A stretch of 64,000 bases of DNA. Source: Tubiluchus corallicola. Lineage: Eukaryota; Animalia; Priapulida. The stretch lies in assembly GCA_030141605.1 (NCBI GenBank), contig JAQGDQ010001036.1:4498-68497 (forward strand). The letters are read 5' to 3'. A program made the position numbers and the translations under genes. Below, in pieces: positions 24,201-34,800 of this stretch (the stretch's first letter is position 1; the number at the start of each line of letters is the position of its first letter). The notes beneath the pieces are model-generated. The model had not been told where the DNA came from, searched no databases, and was given only the letters and a program-made list of their open reading frames with translations.

Positions 24201-27200
24201 AGCTTTTCGCTGCTGGTTATGGAATTTGTGAGGGATGTTTTTTCTTGGTACTGATCAGTAACCTGTCATATATACAGGCCTTCAGCCCTGAGATGAGAAT
24301 TTTCCGCGGATACGCGAAATTCCGAGTTTTTGGAACACATTTTTGTAAATCGCGTGAATTTGTTGAGAAAATTTTTACGGACCCAGTACATTATTTCACA
24401 AGCTGACCGCTAGTTGGCAGGCTGTCACTTTGTTTACATCACGTACATCAGTGTAACTACGTGTATATCTCTATGTATAAAAATATAGAATCAATTGTGT
24501 GGAGTTATTTGAGTCAATAGCAGACAGTTTTTATATACTTTTGCATAGGAGTATTAAGCCATTGATGCTTTCTGATGTACACTGAAATGGTGAAACTGAG
24601 ACATTTTACTAGTTGGCACAAACTTTTTAAATTATTAAAAGTTTTCTTTTGCAGTTACATAAATCTTTCAAGCAGCTAAGCGTAGAACTTTGTATAGAAA
24701 TTTTTTTTGAGAAATTGCTTAAAATAGCTTTTTCTTCCCCTTTAAGTAATTAAAGGACAAGAAAAGGGGCACCTGAAGTAGGTTTCAGAAAAATTGCAGT
24801 AAAAAATTATACTACTTTACAGCAATTTTATACACACATTGTATTCGCATTGAAGGGAATTGTCCGATGGCGCATTACATCACGTCACTACGCCACGTAA
24901 ATCAGGGGAAGAAAAGGCAATGTTAAATTATGACCCAGAGCTTTCGGTACAAATCTATATTACTTAGCATTTCACTTACCTGCTGCAAAGACTTATGTAA
25001 CTAGACTAATAATTTAAAATGTTTGTGCCAGTTGGTAAAATGTCACTGACTCACCCTCCAGGGTGCGCCACTCACTAGCCAAAAACGCATTTTTAATCTT
25101 ATTGACAAGATACAGTAATTTAAAATTTTACCCAATTAGCAACATGTATGCTACGAATGCTCTGATTATTTTTTCAAACTTTACATAATTTTATAAAAAA
25201 CTTGTTTCAAACGACATACCATTAAAATGGCTGCGCCTAACGGTCATCTTGAGTTTAAGTTTACAGTGTTACGGCATTACGGACGATGCAAGCCATGCAT
25301 ATGAAAAAGAAGTATGTAAGTGGTATAAAGTTTCGAGATGAATTTTCAAGCTTTATGTAAGTGGAGGGTTTTCTTGTGCTTTAATAATAAACTTGGTAAT
25401 CAGTTTGCAGCGACACCCATATGCTGTCCGAGTCGAGGTTCGATACTCACTGGTAACTATGCTCACAACACTGGAATCCGCAATAATTCCGTCTCCGGAA
25501 ACTGTAGTAGCAAAGCTTGGCAAGATGGTCCAGAGAAAAACACGATTGCTACAAATCTACACGAGCAAGGTTATACCACCTTCTTTGCGGGAAAATATCT
25601 TAATCAGGTAGGCACCATGTTAGAAATTGAGAAAGTTCGAATAAATGTTAGCATTTGTTGAATGTGCCAGAACTTTCTCTTAAAATGCACCTGTCTCGTG
25701 TCTTTCTTTATTGACAAGTCTAATAATTGTTGCTGAGTCAGTGATTGTGCTCTTTGTGGTAATATAAAGGAAAACCGGATGAATGTTTAGACTCGATCTC
25801 GTTTTAAATTACTGTCCAAAATATACGTTTTCTTGCCTCTAAAAGTTAGTAATCTTATATTTGAATAATTAACAGCAACCGAACACAGCTATTGCTTACG
25901 TCAGAAACTAATCACAGTTTGTGCAATGGCAGGCGTCTTCCCTTGCGCGCCAAACACGTTTGCATATATGATTCTGCTTAAACGTGTGATGTCACGAAAA
26001 TGCGCTCTATGTCATATGACGTCAGAAACTAACACTGCAGTTAATGATCATGGTTATCACGGTACCGCCTTCTATTTGTCGGCAACGCGCATGTGACAAA
26101 AAGGCGCCGCTGCCAATCTTAGTAGATTCGCTGAGCCGAGCGTAGCTTTGAAAGTTTAAAGAAATTTGAGTATATTGATATAATATATTGATATATATAT
26201 ATATATTGATATAAGAAAGTCATTGATATAATATATTGATATAAGAAAGTCATTAATATAAAAAAGCTATTGTAGTTTTCAATATTTTAGAGCACTCTAT
26301 TCTGAACTAATGTTTACACAATCATCCGGTTTTCCTTTAACGTTAACAGTTGACGGGATCGCAGGAGTTTTCAAAAAGACTCATGGCGTCTGTTATTTCT
26401 TTAACATCTTCATCATCTTTGATTCGTAAAGACGAAATATGGTAAAAATAGAGAAAAGATTAATGAAAGAACAATATGATTGATAAAATATTTAAAGAAG
26501 TCTTTGCATTTACATGTGATAACCTTTAAAGGAAAACCGGACGACTGTTTAGACTCAATCTCATTTTAATTTACTGTCCAAAATATACATTTTCTTGCCT
26601 ATAAAAGTTAACAATTGTTCCTTATATTTGAATAATTAGCTTAGATAGTTAATTAATGGCAACAGCTTTTGCTTATGTCACAAACTAACCACAGTTTGTG
26701 CAGTGGCGGGCATCTTTCTTTGCGCACGAAGCACATCAAGCATAGGTGTTGCAGTACTGTTTGATGTCACGAAAAATGGGCTCTACATCATATGACGTCA
26801 GAAACTAACACTGCAGTTCATGACCATGGTTATTATGGTACCGCCTTCTATTTGTCGTGACAAAAAGGCACTGCTGCCGATCCTAGTAGATTCACTGAGC
26901 CGCACGTAGCTTTGAAAGTTTAATGAAATTTGAGTATCCGAGGTAATTATTATTTAATCTGAGCTTTGATTTAAAGTAAGCTGTTGTAGTTTTCAATTAT
27001 TTTAGAGCATTCTTTATTTTGAACTCGTGTTTACACAATCATCTGGTTTTCTTTTAAGTCTGGTTAGCCTATCATATCTTGCCATGCCATAATCACAGAT
27101 AGTTTTGTCGCTTGTTTATTTTAGCATTTTTCTTGCAAACTGCACTGAAGGTGTACCATTATGTTTTGTAGTACGGAAAAAAGGCAACAGGTGGCACTGC

Positions 27201-27237
27201 CCACGTTCCTCCGGGATGGGATTACTGGAATGGTTTG
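21268..27237 (+). CDS. GNS: N-acetylglucosamine-6-sulfatase-like, 5' fragment (exons 1-4, 169 codons), truncated at palindrome centre
   Basis: Exons 21268-21444 (hydrophobic leader, [12 protein letters not shown]), 24041-24100 ([20 protein letters not shown]), 25404-25607 (sulfatase signature [23 protein letters not shown]), 27172-27237 ([12 protein letters not shown]). GT-AG introns, all phase 0. No further plus-strand GNS exon found. Confidence 0.9.
22340..22558 (-). mobile_element. Inverted partial copy of the 3' part of the adjacent SINE-like element; mirror 36949..37167
   Basis: Reverse complement of ~22891..23058 with an internal insertion; ORF track shows [26 protein letters not shown] on both strands. 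Confidence 0.75.
22570..23069 (+). mobile_element. 5S rRNA-headed SINE-like element with GC-rich body and (CAA)n tail; mirror 36438..36937
   Basis: ~22570-22688 is a near full-length 5S sequence (tcacgttgaaaacaccagttctcgtctgatcaccgaagttaagcaacg...gaataccaggtgctgtaggctt) with no oligo-T terminator; the body ends ggatgccaacaacaacaa. Confidence 0.75.
23262..23633 (+). mobile_element. Solo LTR, 372 bp; mirror 35874..36245
   Basis: TGTTGTG...CACAACA termini, flanks attat/attac, internal TATATA (~23385) and AATAAA (~23560). Confidence 0.7.
24288..24551. mobile_element. Truncated family A element in opposite orientation; mirror 34956..35219
   Basis: Reverse complement of ~666..939. Confidence 0.75.
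24578..25068. mobile_element. Fold-back MITE-like element with ~60-bp imperfect termini; mirror 34439..34929
   Basis: gacattttactagttggcacaaactttttaaattatta ... taataatttaaaatgtttgtgccagttggtaaaatgtc. Confidence 0.6.
25768..26336. mobile_element. Kolobok-like MITE, copy 1; mirror 33171..33739
   Basis: ataa|aggaaaaccggatga ... tcatccggttttcct|ttaa. Confidence 0.7.
26530..27053. mobile_element. Kolobok-like MITE, copy 2; mirror 32454..32977
   Basis: ttaa|aggaaaaccggacga ... tcatctggttttctt|ttaa; body similar to copy 1. Confidence 0.7.
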
Positions 27238-27535
27238 GTATGTCAAAAATATTTGAAAGAACGGTTTGTGTTTGGGAGAGCACCTAGATTTTTTTGTAGA
27301 ATTTTACAAAGACTGTTGCTAATGATGGGCGATTTTGAAATTTTGTAATTCGATTGCAATCTTGCTGTTGTAATTTGATATCACAATTAATCTTCTGTGG
27401 TAATTTTAGTTTTTTTAGGCATATTTTTCAAACATTGCAGCACTGAAATATAGCCCATAAACTTCTTCATGGTTTCGTCACTGTCTGCCATTTTCGCAAA
27501 CTATTTTTACAGACACGTACATTCATTAACTACTC

Positions 27536-28035
27536 CAGGGGTGTGCAAATTATCTGACTAGCCGGGCCACATTAAACTTTCCCGCAATTTCTGCGGGCCA
27601 CATGCAGTTTGGTCAAGGAGCCAAGTACAGTAGGACCTAATAATGATTTTTTTGCATCTGACCCGCGTACATCATTACTACTACACTCAAGAAACTATTT
27701 TAGAAGTTATTAAAATTTATATTACAAACCATATATTTCTATTTTCAGGACAGATAGTGGTACATTCATTACAATGCATATTAGTAATGTGTATCACATA
27801 GTCTGTGTAGTACAGTGTTATTAAGCTACAACCGTCTTGTAAGGGTTAATGGCATACGATCTAGTAGAAAAAACTACCCGCACTATCTTTGGGATCCTAG
27901 CACGGACTTCAGCTGAATACACTCAATTAATCGCCCGGGCCGCACTTTCATTAGGTTGACAAATCTCTTCGCGGGCCGCACAAATTCTCTCGGTGGGCCA
28001 CAGGTGGCCCGCGGGCCGCAATTTGCACACCTCTG
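27536..28035. mobile_element. hAT-type MITE, 500 bp, perfect 8-bp TSD; mirror 31473..31972
   Basis: aactactc|caggggtgtgcaaatt ... aatttgcacacctctg|aactactc; subterminal gcgggcc(g/a)ca repeats. Confidence 0.88.
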
Positions 28036-28560
28036 AACTACTCTCTGACTATGTCAACTATACGACACTACTCTATCACACACGTCACGTGAAAGCGAAT
28101 TAGAAGCCGCAGTTTGCTATTGTGTGCATAGTATAAGCTGAGAAAAACGAAGAAAAAATGCAAGAATTCAGTTTATTCGTGCTAAAACACTGCCTTTCAC
28201 TCAGTGTGTAACACGTATATTTTGCCTTCAAGTAAATTTGCTTAACTGAATTACTGTTCAATAGCCGATCACATTGATTTATACGTGGTTGTAATCTCGA
28301 TTAATTCGATTAATCTATTTGAAATGGATACAAAACACCAGTTTAACGTGTTGACCAAAAGTTTCCTTATTCTGAAAGACAATTATTAACATTTAGTTTA
28401 ACTTGCATTGAATGGAAAATTAGTTGTATGATTAAATGTATTTGTGACAAACCATCTATTATTTACGATATTTTTGTTTACTTGTTTGTCACCTTTTCAT
28501 TTCACAGTCAAGTTCTTTATAGTGATGGTTGTAGCACTTGCTAGTGTAATTTAATTACAT

Positions 28561-28594
<34 letters not shown>

Positions 28595-28608
28595 TGTTGT
28601 TGTTGTTA
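28561..28608. repeat. (TAG)n(TTG)n microsatellite at the arm/spacer junction
   Basis: Directly visible; starts where arm identity ends. Confidence 0.92.
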
Positions 28609-28788
28609 TTTGGGCTATTGTTGTGTGTCATGATTTATTGTATTATTTGTATTAATTTGTGATGTGTATATGAACTTTGTAAAGTTAGAAATAAAATATT
28701 AAATCGAATCAAATCAAAATTTCAGGGCAATTTTGTTTACCGTACGATATGTAGCAGTGCACTGTATTGCAACATTTTTAATACTTAC

Positions 28789-28887
28789 AATAACATCTGT
28801 AAGATAATCCTCCGTATAGTTATCACCATGGACCTCAACTTTGCCATTCACAGAGAGAGTATAGTTATAATAGACTGAGTTACCAAC
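28789..28887 (-). CDS. GNS: GNS exon 5 (99 bp), single copy in spacer
   Basis: Minus strand reads ttctag|[33 protein letters not shown]|gtaagt, matching the NSxYYNYTL...HG...DYLTD segment that follows VPxGW in GNS/SULF-family sulfatases. Not in the ORF track. Confidence 0.92.
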
Positions 28888-31800
28888 CTAGAAATACCAA
28901 GTACCAGTTAAACAGTTACATGTATAGCGAAATCGTCCATAAGTCGGCAATGAACATTTTCTACTTATTCACATACCCTGAATCTCCATTTCATGAGGAT
29001 CATTTTGATGCCAAGTTCATCTCTCTATGTTATTTCTATAGAGGTGGAACCATTTCTAACTTCAACGTGGATTATCTCAGCTTAGAAATAACATAGAGCG
29101 ATGAACTTGGTATCAAAATGATCCTCATGAAATGGAGATTCAGGATAGGTAGAATAACTAGAAATGCTTAATTGCCGACTTATGAATGATTTTTATATGC
29201 AAGCACAGAATTTCTATTTATCACCATAGTCATAACAGGTACACTTTTGACTTCTTTTACGATTAATATTTTACCTTCTGTTACTGTCCTTGTTGACTAA
29301 GTAGGATACATTGTAGCCAAATGTTGCACAAGTTCGAAATACAAATATTTAGTTTTGTACTAACACTCTTTTGCATGGGGGTGGGGGATATATCTGACAC
29401 AAAGTTCAAGCTTGTTATTCTACTAACTATCATAGAAATACTTAGTGATGGACGATTAATAGTGTAGTGGGTGCATAGGCCCTTTTTTGGTTTTAATTTA
29501 GTTCTCAATTACTGCCATGGTGCTGCCACCTGTTTGTTTATTTAGTAGGCTTTTTACCTTTTACAGTAGTCACTCTTTTAAAATTGAAGCACCTAATACC
29601 CTTGAATACATTGGCATTTTGGCCTTTCGTGAGCTATAGCTGTAGTAGTTGTATGACATTTTACCCGTCTTTTGGTTCTCTCGGCCATTGCTCTTTTTTT
29701 CTGACTGTGATGAGCATTATGACTGTGAATTTTATTACGAATTTATTGTTGTGACATTGTTGTTCTTAAGGCTACTTGGAGTTCTCATTCCTGTCTTTGT
29801 AACTGTTAAAGGCTCTAACAGCGTAAGTTATTATTAAATAATTTCAATATAGTCTACATAATTTTTATACCAGTACTTAGTTATAGCAATACTGTGACGC
29901 CATGTCTATAGGTTACGTACTCTGAGTCTCAATGTCTTGAAAAGCAGGCACGACCGCCCTATAAACGAGGTGTAACACGTGGTTCTGGGGTTCTATAGTG
30001 TTAGATAATTTACTATTAGAATCCTGGAGTCGGGCTAAGGCATTGTTGTTTCATACGGGGGCACGCGGAACCCGAGCCTAGGAGTCTTAATGAGCTAGTA
30101 ATATTCGATGGTAGATAGAATACCAAACCAACTATTAAGCTGTATATAACAAAATTTAATTGATTACTACTTTAACCCGGAGAAAAGAAATAGTTAACAA
30201 TAACAATTAATCACAGTACAGCAAATATATTCTCTAGTCTAATAATAGAGAAGGGAGGTGTTAGTGGGGGTAGCACGTGCAAATGATGACGCACTCTCGA
30301 TGACGGCAATCCAACGATGACCATATAGAAACGGAATTATGCTAGCTAGCAAACGTTGAGCAAAAGTACAAAAGTCTTGTCTTACCAGACACTCCATGAA
30401 CATTGTGTGAAACGGCAGCTGCTAACCTGTGGGGTAACATCCATGGATTTACCACTATGGTTTGCTCCACCAACAATGGACTGTCCACCATGAACTTTAG
30501 CGCAGGTTTTCACGACTCCTCGGATAATGACGGTAATGGTAGCCACCTCATCAAACCAAAACAACGTACTCAACATAGACCCGTCAGCACTGTAAGCAAT
30601 GACTGTTGACAAAAGAAATACGTCTACTGCACTATAACATCGACGATGCTAATCGACATTTTTGACTGTCTTTTCACAGACATGTGAACATCAGACGATG
30701 GTCATTTTACGTGACCTAGGCCTTTCAACAACGGCCGACTGACTGCCTGGTTGCACGTCTCAGACTATAGCTGTAACGTATGTATCATGTACACTTCATA
30801 CCTGTACGGGTTTCACACCTTTGAAATAAGCCGCGAGTATTGCAGGTATTGCAGAACACAACCACATGACGAGGGGGTGTTAGTAGGACTCCTACACTAC
30901 TACACTAATTACGCTAACAATACAGTATTACTATAGTGACTACTATAATGTAATTAAATTACACTAGCAAGTGCTACAACCATCACTATAAAGAACTTGA
31001 CTGTGAAATGAAAAGGTGACAAACAAGTAAACAAAAATATCGTAAATAATAGATGGTTTGTCACAAATACATTTAATCATACAACTAATTTTCCATTCAA
31101 TGCAAGTTAAACTAAATGTTAATAATTGTCTTTCAGAATAAGGAAACTTTTGGTCAACACGTTAAACTGGTGTTTCGTATCCATTTCAAATAGATTAATC
31201 GAATTAATCGAGATTACAACCACGTATAAATCAATGTGATCGGCTATTGAACAGTAATTCAGTTAAGCAAATTTACTTGAAGGCAAAATATACGTGTTAC
31301 ACACTGAGTGAAAGGCAGTGTTTTAGCACGAATAAACTGAATTCTTGCATTTTTTCTTCGTTTTTCTCAGCTTATACTATGCACACAATAGCAAACTGCG
31401 GCTTCTAATTCGCTTTCACGTGACGTGTGTGATAGAGTAGTGTCGTATAGTTGACATAGTCAGAGAGTAGTTCAGAGGTGTGCAAATTGCGGCCCGCGGG
31501 CCACCTGTGGCCCACCGAGAGAATTTGTGCGGCCCGCGAAGAGATTTGTCAACCTAATGAAAGTGCGGCCCGGGCGATTAATTGAGTGTATTCAGCTGAA
31601 GTCCGTGCTAGGATCCCAAAGATAGTGCGGGTAGTTTTTTCTACTAGATCGTATGCCATTAACCCTTACAAGACGGTTGTAGCTTAATAACACTGTACTA
31701 CACAGACTATGTGATACACATTACTAATATGCATTGTAATGAATGTACCACTATCTGTCCTGAAAATAGAAATATATGGTTTGTAATATAAATTTTAATA

Positions 31801-34800
31801 ACTTCTAAAATAGTTTCTTGAGTGTAGTAGTAATGATGTACGCGGGTCAGATGCAAAAAAATCATTATTAGGTCCTACTGTACTTGGCTCCTTGACCAAA
31901 CTGCATGTGGCCCGCAGAAATTGCGGGAAAGTTTAATGTGGCCCGGCTAGTCAGATAATTTGCACACCCCTGGAGTAGTTAATGAATGTACGTGTCTGTA
32001 AAAATAGTTTGCGAAAATGGCAGACAGTGACGAAACCATGAAGAAGTTTATGGGCTATATTTCAGTGCTGCAATGTTTGCAAAATATGCCTAAAAAACTA
32101 AAATTACCACAGAAGATTAATTGTGATATCAAATTACAACAGCAAGATTGCAATCGAATTACAAAATTTCAAAATCGCCCATCATTAGCAACAGTCTTTG
32201 TAAAATTCTACAAAAAAATCTAGGTGCTCTCCCAAACACAAACCGTTCTTTCAAATATTTTTGACATACCAAACCATTCCAGTAATCCCATCCCGGAGGA
32301 ACGTGGGCAGTGCCACCTGTTGCCTTTTTTCCGTACTACAAAACATAATGGTACACCTTCAGTGCAGTTTGCAAGAAAAATGCTAAAATAAACAAGCGAC
32401 AAAACTATCTGTGATTATGGCATGGCAAGATATGATAGGCTAACCAGACTTAAAAGAAAACCAGATGATTGTGTAAACACGAGTTCAAAATAAAGAATGC
32501 TCTAAAATAATTGAAAACTACAACAGCTTACTTTAAATCAAAGCTCAGATTAAATAATAATTACCTCGGATACTCAAATTTCATTAAACTTTCAAAGCTA
32601 CGTGCGGCTCAGTGAATCTACTAGGATCGGCAGCAGTGCCTTTTTGTCACGACAAATAGAAGGCGGTACCATAATAACCATGGTCATGAACTGCAGTGTT
32701 AGTTTCTGACGTCATATGATGTAAAGCCTATTTTTCGTGACATCAAACAGTACTGCAACACCTATGCTTGATGTGCTTAGTGCGCAAAGAAAGATGCCCG
32801 CCACTGCACAAACTGTGGTTAGTTTGTGACATAAGCAAAAGCTGTTGCCATTAATTAACTATCTAAGCTAATTATTCAAATATAAGGAACAATTGTTAAC
32901 TTTTATAGGCAAGAAAATGTATATTTTGGACAGTAAATTAAAATGAGATTGAGTCTAAACAGTCGTCCGGTTTTCCTTTAAAGGTTATCACATGTAAATG
33001 CAAAGACTTCTTTAAATATTTTATCAATCATATTGTTCTTTCATTAATCTTTTCTCTATTTTTACCATATTTCGTCTTTACGAATCAAAGATGATGAAGA
33101 TGTTAAAGAAATAACAGACGCCATGAGTCTTTTTGAAAACTCCTGCGATCCCGTCAACTGTTAACGTTAAAGGAAAACCGGATGATTGTGTAAACATTAG
33201 TTCAGAATAGAGTGCTCTAAAATATTGAAAACTACAATAGCTTTTTTATATTAATGACTTTCTTATATCAATATATTATATCAATGACTTTCTTATATCA
33301 ATATATATATATATATCAATATATTATATCAATATACTCAAATTTCTTTAAACTTTCAAAGCTACGCTCGGCTCAGCGAATCTACTAAGATTGGCAGCGG
33401 CGCCTTTTTGTCACATGCGCGTTGCCGACAAATAGAAGGCGGTACCGTGATAACCATGATCATTAACTGCAGTGTTAGTTTCTGACGTCATATGACATAG
33501 AGCGCATTTTCGTGACATCACACGTTTAAGCAGAATCATATATGCAAACGTGTTTGGCGCGCAAGGGAAGACGCCTGCCATTGCACAAACTGTGATTAGT
33601 TTCTGACGTAAGCAATAGCTGTGTTCGGTTGCTGTTAATTATTCAAATATAAGATTACTAACTTTTAGAGGCAAGAAAACGTATATTTTGGACAGTAATT
33701 TAAAACGAGATCGAGTCTAAACATTCATCCGGTTTTCCTTTATATTACCACAAAGAGCACAATCACTGACTCAGCAACAATTATTAGACTTGTCAATAAA
33801 GAAAGACACGAGACAGGTGCATTTTAAGAGAAAGTTCTGGCACATTCAACAAATGCTAACATTTATTCGAACTTTCTCAATTTCTAACATGGTGCCTACC
33901 TGATTAAGATATTTTCCCGCAAAGAAGGTGGTATAACCTTGCTCGTGTAGATTTGTAGCAATCGTGTTTTTCTCTGGACCATCTTGCCAAGCTTTGCTAC
34001 TACAGTTTCCGGAGACGGAATTATTGCGGATTCCAGTGTTGTGAGCATAGTTACCAGTGAGTATCGAACCTCGACTCGGACAGCATATGGGTGTCGCTGC
34101 AAACTGATTACCAAGTTTATTATTAAAGCACAAGAAAACCCTCCACTTACATAAAGCTTGAAAATTCATCTCGAAACTTTATACCACTTACATACTTCTT
34201 TTTCATATGCATGGCTTGCATCGTCCGTAATGCCGTAACACTGTAAACTTAAACTCAAGATGACCGTTAGGCGCAGCCATTTTAATGGTATGTCGTTTGA
34301 AACAAGTTTTTTATAAAATTATGTAAAGTTTGAAAAAATAATCAGAGCATTCGTAGCATACATGTTGCTAATTGGGTAAAATTTTAAATTACTGTATCTT
34401 GTCAATAAGATTAAAACTGCGTTTTTGGCTAGTGAGTGGCGCACCCTGGAGGGTGAATCAGTGACATTTTACCAATTGGCACAAACATTTTAAATTATTA
34501 GTCTAGTTACATAAGTCTTTGCAGCAGGTAAGTGAAATGCTAAGTAATATAGATTTGTACCGAAAGCTCTGGGTCATAATTTAACATTGCCTTTTCTTCC
34601 CCTGATTTACGTGGCGTAGTGACGTGATGTAATGCGCCATCGGACAATTCCCTTCAATGCGAATACAATGTGTGTATAAAATTGCTGTAAAGTAGTATAA
34701 TTTTTTACTGCAATTTTTCTGAAACCTACTTCAGGTGCCCCTTTTCTTGTCCTTTAATTACTTAAAGGGGAAGAAAAAGCTATTTTAAGCAATTTCTCAA

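Larger units (their letters stand above)
1..28562. repeat. Left arm of giant inverted repeat (continues beyond window start)
   Basis: ORFs and repeats have reverse-complement twins with coordinate sums of 59504, 59507 or 59508 (225..422 vs 59082..59279; 27105..27287 vs 32220..32402). Base 1 pairs with 59503; identity stops at 28562/30946. Confidence 0.98.
28563..30945. other. Unique spacer of the palindrome, 2383 bp
   Basis: No mirror counterpart. Starts with (TAG)n(TTG)n and contains GNS exon 5 on the minus strand. Confidence 0.93.

Noticed and set aside
30382-30936. Short spacer ORFs as a recombinase or other cargo gene
   Set aside because: All under 80 aa with no recognisable motif; more likely a repeat remnant.
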